Shown here: positions 9,269 to 19,716 of the stretch, in pieces | Position numbering within the stretch: position 1 is the stretch's first letter | Layout of the letters: the number at the start of each line of letters is the position of its first letter | NCBI GenBank assembly: GCA_001819435.1 | Contig: MHMT01000003.1 | Location: forward strand, 5,797-69,796 | Length of the DNA: 64,000 nt | From: Candidatus Portnoybacteria bacterium RBG_13_40_8 | Lineage (GTDB): Bacteria; Patescibacteriota; Minisyncoccia; RBG-13-40-8-A | Direction: 5' to 3' | The notes under the pieces: model-generated | Seen by the model: only the letters and a program-made list of their open reading frames with translations | Database searches by the model: none | What the model was told of the DNA's origin: nothing | Program-made: the position numbers and the translations under genes

Positions 9269-10651
9269 ATGAAAATTTTTATATTAAATCCACCGATTTA
9301 TTCTAAGAAAAAGTCAATAATGAACGTTAGGCCAAGACAACCGCTAAGTTTGGCTTATATTACTAGCTTACTTTTAAAAAAAAGCTACGAAGTTAATTTG
9401 TTTGACGCTAATGTCATGGGTTATAAAACGGACCGGACTATAAAAGAAATTGAAGATTATCATCCAGATATTTTAATTTTAACCTCAACCCCAATTGATA
9501 GGTGGGAATGCCCAAATTCTCATATAGATTCGATTTTCGAGATTATTAATAAAAGTCGGATAAATCCGACAATTTTAACTGGTTCCCATGGTTCATTGAC
9601 CCCTGATTGGATTTTTAAAAAATGTAGTGTTCAGTATATTGTTCGGTGCGAACCAGAAATGACGGTTTTAAATCTAATAGAAGCTCTGGTAAAAAAAGAA
9701 GACATTAAAAAGATTAGAGGGATTTCTTATAAGATTGGTAGTAAGGTCATTAACAATGAAGATGCTGCCCGGATAGAAAATTTAGATAATTTACCCTTGC
9801 CAGCTTACCATTTATTGCCAATGAATAAATACAGATACGGTTTTCCCGAACTGTCTCCGCCATTTACAATTATGTTAACTTCGCGAGGCTGTCCATTTAA
9901 TTGCATTTTTTGTTTGAAAGTAATGTCTAAAGGAAAATATATTACCAGAAGTTCGGAGAACGTCATCAAAGAAATAGAATACTTGATTGATAATTTCAAA
10001 ATTAAATCAATTTTCTTTCAGGACTGGGAATTTACAATTAATAAAGAGAGGGTAAAAAAAATTTGTGATTTGATTTTAAAGAAAAATTTAAGAATTATTT
10101 GGGGTTGTAATGCTCGGGCAAATGATTTATCATATGAATTAGTTGAAAAAATGAAGAAAGCTGGTTGCGTTAGAGTTAATATTGGATTTGAGTCGGGCTC
10201 GCAGAAGATTTTAGACAATATTAATAAAGGTATTAAAGTTGGGGACCTGGAGAATGCAGTGGAAATTTGCAGAAAAAATAATATTAATATTGGAATGTAT
10301 GCTATGTTAAATTTGCCTGGAGAAAACAAAGAAACGATAAAAGAAACCGTTGATTTTTTTGCCCAAAATAAGATTGAGTCAATGACACTAAATTTAGCAA
10401 TTCCTTATTTTGGAACTCCACTTTTTGAGAGATTAAAAACGGCTAATAAAAAAACCAATTTTAATTGGGACAATATTGAGGAATATGCCGGGAAAATAGA
10501 TGTCGAACAAAGCCCAAGGGCAGCCCGTTTATATTATCGGCATTTTAAATTTAAGAATAAATTTGGCTTTTTTTATTTTTTCCACCCAGGATTTTGTAAG
10601 TGGGCAATAAGATTTATAAAGAACAAAATTAAGAAATATATAAAAAAATAA
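9269..10651 (+). CDS. Cobalamin-binding radical SAM protein
   Basis: PLSLAYI, GSHG..CEPE, SRGCPFNCIFC, GFESGS. Confidence 0.9.
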   Translation: MKIFILNPPIYSKKKSIMNVRPRQPLSLAYITSLLLKKSYEVNLFDANVMGYKTDRTIKEIEDYHPDILILTSTPIDRWECPNSHIDSIFEIINKSRINPTILTGSHGSLTPDWIFKKCSVQYIVRCEPEMTVLNLIEALVKKEDIKKIRGISYKIGSKVINNEDAARIENLDNLPLPAYHLLPMNKYRYGFPELSPPFTIMLTSRGCPFNCIFCLKVMSKGKYITRSSENVIKEIEYLIDNFKIKSIFFQDWEFTINKERVKKICDLILKKNLRIIWGCNARANDLSYELVEKMKKAGCVRVNIGFESGSQKILDNINKGIKVGDLENAVEICRKNNINIGMYAMLNLPGENKETIKETVDFFAQNKIESMTLNLAIPYFGTPLFERLKTANKKTNFNWDNIEEYAGKIDVEQSPRAARLYYRHFKFKNKFGFFYFFHPGFCKWAIRFIKNKIKKYIKK

Positions 10652-10660
10652 ATAGATAAC

Positions 10661-12106
10661 ATGATTGTTTTACTTCAAATCAATTATTCTAAATATCAGT
10701 CCGAGATAGATTTTCCTTTGGGGATTTTGTCTGTTGGAAGCGCCTTGAAAAAGGCAGGTTTTGAGGTAAAATTGTTTAATATTACTGAAAATAATATTAA
10801 TGAAACAGTTGATGAAATTATTACCTTATCCCCAGAATTTTTAGGTGTATCTGTAATGACTGGTATCCAAACTAAACATAGCGCTGAGTTTTGTCAGAAA
10901 ATAAAAAAGAAGAAAAATAATCTCACAATTGTTTGGGGGGGGATTCACCCATCACTGTTGCCAGAACAATGTTTGCAGGAAAGTTATATAGATTATGTTG
11001 TTATAGGAGAAGGGGAAATAACAATTATAGAATTTATCAGGAGATTAAGGAATGGCGATGGCTTTGATGATGTGGCTGGTTTGGGTCATAAAAAAAATGG
11101 AAAAGTCATAATTAACAGATCTCGAGACCTTATAGAGAATTTAGATAAATATAGATTAGATTTTAGCCTTATTGATGTTGAAAAGTATATCTTTAAACCA
11201 AGGGGCGCTAAGCGAACAATGGTCTATAAGGCGAGTAGGGGCTGTACTTTTAATTGCGCCTTTTGTTATAATAAGATTTTTAATAGGGGTCGTTGGCGAG
11301 CTTGGTCAGTTGATGCAGTGGTTGAAGATATTGATTTTTTAAAGAAAAATTACGGAGTGAACGCCATTCAATTTTATGACGACAACTTCTTCATTAATCA
11401 ACAGAGGGCCTTAGAGATCTTAGAGAGGGTTGATTTGCCAAGTCACGTAGAAATCAGGATAGATATGATTACTGACGACCTGGCTCAGAAGCTAAAGAAA
11501 TTAAAAGTTGACAAGCTTCTAATTGGTATAGAGTCAGGTAGCAATAGGATGTTGAAGTTGATTAATAAGGGCTATACAGTAGATAGGATTCAAAAAGGTA
11601 TAAAGATTTTGGCAAAATACGATCTTTACACCACTTATTCTACAATTGTGGGTTTGCCCACAGAAACCAAAGAAGAGTTTAATAAAACACTTGATTTAAT
11701 ATATTGGATTCGCAAAATACATCCGCGGTCCGGATTCAATTTGGGTACTTACTTGCCTTATCCTGGCTCTTTAATGTATCAGTTTGCTATTGAACAAGGG
11801 TTTAAGCCACCGCAAAGAACAGAGGACTGGGGAAGTATTGATAGATTTAGAAAAGATTTTTCATCTCCTTGGGTAGATAGTAAAAAAGTTTGGTGGATCA
11901 GGGAGTATTTAAAAATTTTTAATTATAAGATTGGTTTATTGAATAAATGGTTAGAATTCAGGATAAAAAGCAGATTTTTTAGTTTCCATTTGGATGCTTA
12001 TATCATTAAGCGTTTGGCGGGATTGGCCATTGAAGAAAAGGGGATTATTGGTAAGATTTTAAGGAAAATTCATTCTCTAATTAAAAAATTCAAATCAGGT
12101 CCATAA
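10661..12106 (+). CDS. Cobalamin-binding radical SAM protein
   Basis: WGGIHPS, GEGE, SRGCTFNCAFC, GIESGS. Confidence 0.9.
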   Translation: MIVLLQINYSKYQSEIDFPLGILSVGSALKKAGFEVKLFNITENNINETVDEIITLSPEFLGVSVMTGIQTKHSAEFCQKIKKKKNNLTIVWGGIHPSLLPEQCLQESYIDYVVIGEGEITIIEFIRRLRNGDGFDDVAGLGHKKNGKVIINRSRDLIENLDKYRLDFSLIDVEKYIFKPRGAKRTMVYKASRGCTFNCAFCYNKIFNRGRWRAWSVDAVVEDIDFLKKNYGVNAIQFYDDNFFINQQRALEILERVDLPSHVEIRIDMITDDLAQKLKKLKVDKLLIGIESGSNRMLKLINKGYTVDRIQKGIKILAKYDLYTTYSTIVGLPTETKEEFNKTLDLIYWIRKIHPRSGFNLGTYLPYPGSLMYQFAIEQGFKPPQRTEDWGSIDRFRKDFSSPWVDSKKVWWIREYLKIFNYKIGLLNKWLEFRIKSRFFSFHLDAYIIKRLAGLAIEEKGIIGKILRKIHSLIKKFKSGP

Positions 12107-12252
12107 AGACGTTCAAAAATACACTCAAATGATTAAAAAAGTTTTTTCGAGAGAAGTATTTTAGAAATATACCCACTTAATAAAAATTTTGAGCTATCCT
12201 TGATTTATGTTTTTAAAAAGCAGTAATAGAAATTTATAAAATAAATCATTAA

Positions 12253-13371
12253 ATGATAAATAAAGAAAACAATCCCAAAAAACTAACAGTTTGTTATTTT
12301 GGATTTTACGAACCTGACTTTTCCAGAAACCAGGTTTATATTGACGGATTAAAGAAAAACGGAGTCGAAGTAGTTGAATGTAATGACTTTTCTAAATCTA
12401 AATTTTTGAAATACCGGAATCTCTATCGCGAACACTGGAAAATTAGAAAAAAATATGACTTAATGATTGTAAGCCACATATGGAGAACTACAAATCTTTC
12501 AGACCACTTTGCTGTTCCTTTTGCGAAATTGATCTCTAGAAAAAAAATTATCCACAACGCAATGTGTTCGAACTATGAAGCCGCTATTTTATGTCGCGAG
12601 GTGGCAAAACAAGGTTCTTTTAGGGCAAAACTATACTGGATGGCCGATTATCTGGCTTGTCACTACGCCTCCCTGATTTTAGTCGAAACTGAAGAACAAA
12701 AAAAATTCTATATTAAGAATTTTAAAATCAATGAAAAAAAATGTATAAGAATGTGGACCGGAGCAAACGATAAAGATTTCTTTATTGAGCCAGTTAATAA
12801 AAACGAAAAATTTACAGTTGTACTTAGGGGTGGGCTTTTGCCAGAAACAGGCATCGAATACGTGCTTAAGGCTGCTAAAAAATTAGAAGACGAAGGTGTT
12901 AATTTTTTGATATTGGGCTGGGCAAAAACAGAAAAAATTGAAAAAAATATTGAAGAAATTATGAGAAACAAAGGCCCTAAAAATTTAAAATTTATTACCG
13001 AATATCTCCCACTTGAAAATTTAAGAAAAACCATGCTATCCCATCATGCTAGTTTGGGTCAATTTGGAAATCATGAAAGAATTGAAAGAACAATTCCCCA
13101 CCGAGCATTTGAAAGCCTGGCTCTCGGCTTACCATATATAACTGCTGAGGCGGCTGGAGTTAAAGAATTACTAACCAATAGAGTAAATTGTTTGTTTGTC
13201 AAACGAGCTAACCCCAACGATCTTGCTGAAAAAATACTAGAACTAAGGGATAGCCCAGAATTAAGAAAAAAAATAGCCGAAAACGGCTATAAATTGTATA
13301 AAGAAAAATTAACTCCCAAGGTTCTGGGAGAAGAATTATTGAGTATTTGTCATCGCCTTATTAAAAACTAA
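12253..13371 (+). CDS. Glycosyltransferase family 4
   Basis: GT-B C-terminal motifs (PHRAFESLALGLPYIT, DLAEKI..L); 3' end overlaps the convergent gene by 36 bp. Confidence 0.82.
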   Translation: MINKENNPKKLTVCYFGFYEPDFSRNQVYIDGLKKNGVEVVECNDFSKSKFLKYRNLYREHWKIRKKYDLMIVSHIWRTTNLSDHFAVPFAKLISRKKIIHNAMCSNYEAAILCREVAKQGSFRAKLYWMADYLACHYASLILVETEEQKKFYIKNFKINEKKCIRMWTGANDKDFFIEPVNKNEKFTVVLRGGLLPETGIEYVLKAAKKLEDEGVNFLILGWAKTEKIEKNIEEIMRNKGPKNLKFITEYLPLENLRKTMLSHHASLGQFGNHERIERTIPHRAFESLALGLPYITAEAAGVKELLTNRVNCLFVKRANPNDLAEKILELRDSPELRKKIAENGYKLYKEKLTPKVLGEELLSICHRLIKN

Positions 13372-14538
13372 CAAAGTTTTTTTAGCTGTATTCTCCCAGG
13401 TAAAAGTATCTGCTTTTTGCCGGCCCTTACTTATCAATTGTTCTCGTAAATCGTAATTTAAGAGAACTTTTTTTATACATTCAACAAGTTTTTCTAAATT
13501 ATTGGTCTCGAATAATAATCCGGCATCTCCCACAATCTCGTCGATGCTGGTATTGTTAGCCGCCACAACAGGTAATTCGTGCTCGAATGCTTCTACGATA
13601 GGCAAGCCAAAACCCTCAAAAGAGGAGGGGAAAACCAGCGCTCCTGCTTTTTGATAAATGTAATTTAATTGTTTATCCGGTATATAGCCCAAAAATAATA
13701 CTTTTTTTGACAATCCATAGAGTTTGATTAAGTCGTCAATTTCTTTTTTTACTTTTTCATTTTTTATTATCCCCGTAAGCACTAAGTTCAAATCAGGAAA
13801 TTCATATTTTAATTTATTTAGGGCTTCTATTAATATTTTGTGGTTTTTGTGTGGCCAAAATGTGGCCGGATAAAAGATAAAATTCTTGGGTAGCGAAATA
13901 GCGCCTTTTTCATTTTTTTTATTATCAGCGCCCAAATAAATAGTGGTAATCTTGTTGGGATTAATTTTATATTTTTCTATAATGGTTTTTTTAGTGTAAT
14001 CGGAAATTGCAATAATGTGATTTGAATTTAAAACAGAATATCGATATTCTGTTTTTCTGTGTTCTAGTATATTGCTGGAAAAATTCTTTGGAAAATATTC
14101 ATGCTGCAAATCATATATTGTGGTAATTATTTTAACGTTCTTTATTCCCTTGGGATAAATAATCATTGCCGGGAAAAATAATATATCTATATTTTTTTTA
14201 TTTATCAAAGATTGAATTTCCTTTGTCATTATTTTTTCTTTGGCTAAGTCATTGTTTTTTATTTTTGTAATCAATTTCAAAAAAGCCCTTACAGGATTGA
14301 ATATAAAATCGCGGCGGATATCAATAATTTTTAGTTTAACATTTTTATTTTTTCTGTATCTTTTTTTAAGATATTTATAATTGTATAAATTTATTAAGAG
14401 ACAGTATTTACTGTCTTTATCAATATTAAAAAGATTATCAAGAAGGTTCTGTATATAAACAAAACTACCCGTGCCATTCGGGCGCAATACCCACAAAAGA
14501 TTAATGGCTATATTTTTATTTTTAATATGATCTTTCAT
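13336..14538 (-). CDS. Glycosyltransferase family 4 (mannosyltransferase-like)
   Basis: TIYDLQH, YPATFWPHKNH, FPSSFEGFGLPIVEA. Confidence 0.9.
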   Translation of the reverse strand: MKDHIKNKNIAINLLWVLRPNGTGSFVYIQNLLDNLFNIDKDSKYCLLINLYNYKYLKKRYRKNKNVKLKIIDIRRDFIFNPVRAFLKLITKIKNNDLAKEKIMTKEIQSLINKKNIDILFFPAMIIYPKGIKNVKIITTIYDLQHEYFPKNFSSNILEHRKTEYRYSVLNSNHIIAISDYTKKTIIEKYKINPNKITTIYLGADNKKNEKGAISLPKNFIFYPATFWPHKNHKILIEALNKLKYEFPDLNLVLTGIIKNEKVKKEIDDLIKLYGLSKKVLFLGYIPDKQLNYIYQKAGALVFPSSFEGFGLPIVEAFEHELPVVAANNTSIDEIVGDAGLLFETNNLEKLVECIKKVLLNYDLREQLISKGRQKADTFTWENTAKKTLLVFNKAMTNTQ

Positions 14539-15773
14539 TGATTTTTAACAAACTTATTCATAATTTCTTTGTACACTCTTTCAGAAGAATTTGAGTCAAC
14601 ATATTTATGGATTAATTTTTGGCAATTACTAATTTTTTTTGAGCATTCCTTCATAAAATCCTCTTTGTTGTTCATATAATTATCTAGGGCATTCAATAAA
14701 GCATCAAAAGTTTTTACTATCGGTCCAAGCACCAGGTTTTCAAAATCTTCATATAACGTCCGGTGTTCTGTTTTGTATTCCTTCAGATCATACCAATAGA
14801 AAATAATCGGCTTTGAACATAAAAGAAAATTATAACATACCGTGGAATAATCCGTTATAAGAATATCAACGTATTTTAAGGCTGGAAAAATATCATTTAA
14901 ATTATTTGGGGTTAGAATGTTTTTACAAGAATAAGGAATCTGCAAGGTTGATTCTTTAACAGGATGTAATTTTACAATAAAAACACTGTTATTTTTTTCT
15001 AAAAATGAATTCAGCTTTTCCCAATTAATTGGAACATCCATTGATTTCGACTCATAAATTCTGACGTCTCTATAGGTTGGCATATATAGGATGACTTTCT
15101 TTTTATGTGCTTTAAGGCTCTTGATTAATTTTAAGTCCTCGTCGATAAAAGGGTTTTCAACGTTTTTTAAGAGCGTATCATTACATGGATACCCCGTCAC
15201 AACAACATCTCCTGCCCTTTTGCCGAAGGCGCTTTTCATGCATTTTTTTGTCATTTCTGAAATGCAAATCATCATATCATATTTTTCATATTCCCAGGGA
15301 TTAAAAAATCTATTTCTTAACCGCTGTAAGATATCGTCGTGATACAATTTATAGAAATAGTTATTTTTTAAATCCGAATCCAATCCAATTTTCTTAATCC
15401 CTACGCCGTGCCATAAATTTATCTTCTTAGCCCCACGAGAAAGAAAATAACTGATATCGTAATTTGTATGTACATTAAAAATATATATTCCCCCTCGCAC
15501 AGCATAATAATAACCTTTCGGAGAATTTAAATAATATGCTTCAAATCCTTTTGCTTGCAACATTTCGACAATTTTTTTAGTTCTTGATATCCAAATTTTC
15601 CTAATATTCTTTTTATTAGAATTATGTAAATATAAAAATAACCATTTTGAATTACCAAAAAAAGTTTTATTCCTTGAACCAAAAATCCAGATTTTCCGGT
15701 CCCTTGGAATAAATCCTACAAAAAAATATATCATATGCAACAAAAGATGTTTTATTATAGTTTTTATGCGCAT
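14535..15773 (-). CDS. CDP-glycerol glycerophosphotransferase (TagB/TagF) family protein
   Basis: GNSKWLF, LWHGVGIKKIG, TGYPCND, LYMPTYR, KLHP, DILITDYST motifs. Confidence 0.88.
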   Translation of the reverse strand: MRIKTIIKHLLLHMIYFFVGFIPRDRKIWIFGSRNKTFFGNSKWLFLYLHNSNKKNIRKIWISRTKKIVEMLQAKGFEAYYLNSPKGYYYAVRGGIYIFNVHTNYDISYFLSRGAKKINLWHGVGIKKIGLDSDLKNNYFYKLYHDDILQRLRNRFFNPWEYEKYDMMICISEMTKKCMKSAFGKRAGDVVVTGYPCNDTLLKNVENPFIDEDLKLIKSLKAHKKKVILYMPTYRDVRIYESKSMDVPINWEKLNSFLEKNNSVFIVKLHPVKESTLQIPYSCKNILTPNNLNDIFPALKYVDILITDYSTVCYNFLLCSKPIIFYWYDLKEYKTEHRTLYEDFENLVLGPIVKTFDALLNALDNYMNNKEDFMKECSKKISNCQKLIHKYVDSNSSERVYKEIMNKFVKNQ

Positions 15774-17320
15774 TATATTTTGCTGGTTAGTTTTTTGAAC
15801 CCGGGTTTTCTCACGGCTTCGATATAACAACTTAGCTCTTTTAGGATGGTATTTTTTTTAGTAGAGTATTGATTAAGGATTTCATTCCAGTACCAATCAT
15901 TAATGGCTTTGTCCTTTAATTGGGAAAATGATAGGAGGGGACAGGCAGTAAGATCTATGCGAGAAATTTTATGAATATAGATATAAACTGCTTTAGCTAT
16001 ATTTTGAGCTTCGGCAGGTAATTTTTCAATTTCATTGGCCCTGTTTAAAATTTCAAAATATTCTTTTTTTGTTTCGGGCTCTAAAACAAAGCCTAATTTA
16101 GTATAACGATTATCGCCAGCTGTAATTGAAGGAATGGCCCCCATTGCGGGTAATTCAAAGCCAGCTGAACCAGTGCATGTAACAATTAAATCAGCGCAAT
16201 AAATTAAACTCCGGGTATCTATTTGATTGTTTTCATCAATGTAAATAACATTATTAGAACATTCGGAGAATAATTTTTTAAAGTTTACGTCTTTTGTGAT
16301 GTACCATTTAATTGAAGGGTGTTGTTTAAAGATCCAATTAATTTTATTATTTTTTTTTGCGAATTCAAGCGTTTGAATAAACCAATCATAGTAATCTTTA
16401 AAAACCATCCATTTGAAAGTAGTGTGTGGGTGGTCATTAAATGCATGGAGCATGATAAAGACATTTTTTTTGTCCGGATTAAGTTTAAAGTCTTTATTAA
16501 AAAAAGTTCGGTCGGTATAATATTTTTTATTTTTCGAGAAGGCATTTGGGCCGTCAAGACTGCCCTTGCCAGAAACTTCTTTTCTAAAAACTTCCAAGAA
16601 AACATTTTTGAGTCTTGGTCCCAGCTGGTTGATGATTTTTTGGGTGTCAGATTGAGAAGATTTATTGGGATGAACAATTTCTTTTAAGCTCTTGAAAGAT
16701 CGTAATGTTGCCTGATGATGACCAGTATGCAGATATCCTTGATAACCATAGCGTAGAGCAGAGCGCAACATAACGCCACCGATGATTCCTTGTTGATGAG
16801 AAACCAGAACACCGGCATAGTTCCCATTTTGTAGAATGTTTTTAATTTTAAGGTGCCGAAAAATACAGAGAGCGGTAATCTTAAAAATTTTAAAGTCGAT
16901 TTTTTTAATTGTTGCAACGTGGTTCTCGTGTAGGTAGGTGTCATAAACAATATCGCCATATTTTACCCCATCATAGCGAATCCCGAGAATATCTTTAGTA
17001 AAAAGAACCTTAAGAAATTTTAAAAGAGCAATAACTATAGCGCGTAGTTTTCGCAATTCTCGGACCAGTGATTTTTTTCGAGTCGTTACTATTTCAATAT
17101 CGGGAAAGTATGATTGTAAGAACTGACGCTCTAAGCATCCCTTTTTACAAAGCCAGGCAGGGGTATAACCTTTTGCCTGGTTTATAATCATGGCAAAAAT
17201 CGCACTTGTGTGAATAATCATTGCCCGCCTTGGTTCTTCAATGAGTATTTTTTTGCCACTATCTTTAATAGTAAATTGCGACCAAAATTTTCTATTTTCT
17301 TTAATGAATCTATTAATCAC
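15773..17320 (-). CDS. Capsule polysaccharide biosynthesis-like protein (GT-B, putative nonulosonate transferase)
   Basis: FIMLHAFND, WIFKQHPS, TCTGSAGFE, resembling KpsS/KpsC-type motifs; neu context. Confidence 0.55.
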   Translation of the reverse strand: MINRFIKENRKFWSQFTIKDSGKKILIEEPRRAMIIHTSAIFAMIINQAKGYTPAWLCKKGCLERQFLQSYFPDIEIVTTRKKSLVRELRKLRAIVIALLKFLKVLFTKDILGIRYDGVKYGDIVYDTYLHENHVATIKKIDFKIFKITALCIFRHLKIKNILQNGNYAGVLVSHQQGIIGGVMLRSALRYGYQGYLHTGHHQATLRSFKSLKEIVHPNKSSQSDTQKIINQLGPRLKNVFLEVFRKEVSGKGSLDGPNAFSKNKKYYTDRTFFNKDFKLNPDKKNVFIMLHAFNDHPHTTFKWMVFKDYYDWFIQTLEFAKKNNKINWIFKQHPSIKWYITKDVNFKKLFSECSNNVIYIDENNQIDTRSLIYCADLIVTCTGSAGFELPAMGAIPSITAGDNRYTKLGFVLEPETKKEYFEILNRANEIEKLPAEAQNIAKAVYIYIHKISRIDLTACPLLSFSQLKDKAINDWYWNEILNQYSTKKNTILKELSCYIEAVRKPGFKKLTSKI

Positions 17321-18075
17321 ATTCTTATTCTTATATATCTTACACTTTTTCTAATTAAGTCTTTAAATTCCTTAAATGATTTAACTTTTTTAAAGTTTTC
17401 TAAATACTTTTTTAGAATTCTCTCGCGTCCTTTTACCAGGTGGAAAGACTCTACAAGTTCGAAGGTAGTTACATGGGCATTTGCATTGCTCTTGATAACC
17501 CAGTTTCTTTGTAAATTATTGGCTAGAAATCGGCCGTTGTTAGTTCTGCCGTCAACTACTATGAAAGTTCTTTCTGTCAGGGTCGGCTCCATCAAAAGAA
17601 TATCAGCAGCCACTAAACTTCTTTTATTTTGCCAGGATAAGCCATTTATATTTTCTTGAACATCTTTTGGGTCTGGACCGTCAAGGTAAATAAAGTCAGG
17701 AATTATATCCGGAAGGCTTTTGTAAAAATGGCACATTCTTCCGTTAAATGTTCCTGCCCTTACCTCCGAATAACAAAGTTCAACATACTCTTTTAATTCG
17801 GGTGGAATTAGTTTGTTAGCAACATTAATCCACTTCTTTGAAGCATCAACCGAAAATACCTTGCCATTATTAACTCGTGAAGCATCAGCTAAAATTATAG
17901 TCGTCCATCCTACGCCAAATTCAAGTATCTTGATTGCTTTTCTTTCAAGAATCAGTTTGTGTAAATGGGCTAAATCAGGGTAGTCTGGTTTTTTTTGACC
18001 TTCTACTCCGTCCTGTAAGTATTTCATCAACCCGTGTTTTTCCAAGTATTTTTTAGATTTTTTTAGTTTGTTCAT
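17317..18075 (-). CDS. Class I SAM-dependent methyltransferase
   Basis: ILEFGVGWTT, SVDAS, DFIYLDGP. Confidence 0.7.
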   Translation of the reverse strand: MNKLKKSKKYLEKHGLMKYLQDGVEGQKKPDYPDLAHLHKLILERKAIKILEFGVGWTTIILADASRVNNGKVFSVDASKKWINVANKLIPPELKEYVELCYSEVRAGTFNGRMCHFYKSLPDIIPDFIYLDGPDPKDVQENINGLSWQNKRSLVAADILLMEPTLTERTFIVVDGRTNNGRFLANNLQRNWVIKSNANAHVTTFELVESFHLVKGRERILKKYLENFKKVKSFKEFKDLIRKSVRYIRIRM

Positions 18076-18085
18076 AAAATATAAT

Positions 18086-19021
18086 TTAATTCTCTTTATT
18101 TTTTAATAATACTTTTCTTAACTTATTGGCTAAGAAAATCTCAGTTTTTGCCATGGATTCATATGTTGCCCCTCCAATATGGGGAGTTAATATAAAATTT
18201 CTATTTTTTGTTAAGTGAATGAATTTGTTTAAATTATTTTTACCATTTTCGTCAGTAATAACATCCAAAGCAATGCCTTTAAAAAAGTTATTTTTAATTT
18301 TTTTAATAAGATAATCTTCGTCTAATAATTCGTTTCTTGCTGTATTAATAAAGTATTTATCTTGCAATAAGTCTATGTAATTTCTATTTAAAAATTTAGA
18401 ACCCTCATAAGAAGCACATAATAATACAATTTCACATTTTTTTATTAATTTTTTTAAATTGGTTATTTTTTTTGCACCATAACACGGCTTTATATTGAGC
18501 CTTACATCATAGAAGAACACATTGGCGCCGAATTCCGAGAAGTATTTTGCCAAAATTTTACCAATCCTGCCAAAGCCAATTATGCCAATATTTTTATTAT
18601 AAATTTCATGTCCTTTAAACTTATCTCTATTCCATTCTTTATTGTTTTTATTTAAAAAAGCATCTTTATAATTTCTTAAGAGCGACAAAACCAGGCCAAA
18701 AGCATGTTCGGGAGTTGCTCTTATGTTAGATAAAAATTTATTTTCATCTTTTAAAGAAATTAATAAAATATTTCTTTTTTTTATTTCTTCCAAATCTAAG
18801 TGATTAAGTCCAGTAGTAGGGGTGCAAATAAATTTCAATTTTTTAGCAGATTCTAATACCTTTTTGCCAATAAAATAATTAAGTCTAATAAAAATAATTT
18901 CTTTATTTCTGATAAAAGACTTCAAATTTTTACCATCAAAAAATTCAACACCACCAATTTTATTGAGAGAGTTAAGAGCTTTTTGTGAAAAATCCCCCTT
19001 TTCCAAAATTCCTATTCGCAT
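18086..19021 (-). CDS. D-isomer-specific 2-hydroxyacid dehydrogenase family protein
   Basis: TTGLNHLD, GIIGFGRIG, FINTAR, ALDV, TPHIGGAT. Confidence 0.88.
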   Translation of the reverse strand: MRIGILEKGDFSQKALNSLNKIGGVEFFDGKNLKSFIRNKEIIFIRLNYFIGKKVLESAKKLKFICTPTTGLNHLDLEEIKKRNILLISLKDENKFLSNIRATPEHAFGLVLSLLRNYKDAFLNKNNKEWNRDKFKGHEIYNKNIGIIGFGRIGKILAKYFSEFGANVFFYDVRLNIKPCYGAKKITNLKKLIKKCEIVLLCASYEGSKFLNRNYIDLLQDKYFINTARNELLDEDYLIKKIKNNFFKGIALDVITDENGKNNLNKFIHLTKNRNFILTPHIGGATYESMAKTEIFLANKLRKVLLKNKEN

Positions 19022-19716
19022 AGAGTTTTACGTAGTGTTTTTAAGTCTTTTTGTGTATCTATGTCTAGGGCTCTGTTTTTAGATATTTCGAAAAGTAATG
19101 GAGTATTAGAAATAATCCGATGGCATTTTTTAATATGCTTGACAGATGAAATATATATTGTGCCATCTCGAACAAAAATATTTTTTAACTCTTGTCTCCT
19201 TATCCCTTTATTGTGATTAAAAGATAACGGAATACCAAAGTTTTTTTCCTTATGGTAAAGCTCCGTTTCATCAATTTCGTCTTCACAATAAGCAGAAATT
19301 AACGATTCATTTTTATTTTTAAGATAAAGCTTTATCGCTTCTTTTATGTCTTTATATTTTCTTAGGGGTGAAGTCGGTTGCAGTATAACAACACAGTCAT
19401 AAAAAATTCCTTTTTTCTCGAAATGATTTATTGCGTGTACAACAAAATCAATCGGCTTCGCCTTATCTCCGGAAATCTTTTTGGGTCTTAAAAACGGCAC
19501 ATGCGCCCCTAGTCTTTGAGCAATATCTGCAATTTTTCGGCTATCGGTTGAGACAATAACCTCATCCACTAATCTATCTTTCTTAATTCTTAGAGCTGGA
19601 CCTATCGTGTAAGCAACTAAAGGCTTATTGCAAACATTAGTAATATTTTTATTTTTTATTCCTTTTGAACCACCTCGAGCGGGGATAATAACTAAAATTT
19701 TTTTGTTTTTATACAT
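19012..19716 (-). CDS. neuA: Acylneuraminate (nonulosonate) cytidylyltransferase
   Basis: IPARGGSKGIKNKN, VSTDS, LQPTSPLR, DIDT. Confidence 0.9.
   Translation of the reverse strand: MYKNKKILVIIPARGGSKGIKNKNITNVCNKPLVAYTIGPALRIKKDRLVDEVIVSTDSRKIADIAQRLGAHVPFLRPKKISGDKAKPIDFVVHAINHFEKKGIFYDCVVILQPTSPLRKYKDIKEAIKLYLKNKNESLISAYCEDEIDETELYHKEKNFGIPLSFNHNKGIRRQELKNIFVRDGTIYISSVKHIKKCHRIISNTPLLFEISKNRALDIDTQKDLKTLRKTLCE

Noticed and set aside
12106-12226. Possible gene relics in the spacer (DVQKYT resembling the GT4 end at 4664; ..LIYVFKKQ* resembling a methyltransferase tail)
   Set aside because: Matches are too short and AT-rich to distinguish from chance without a database search
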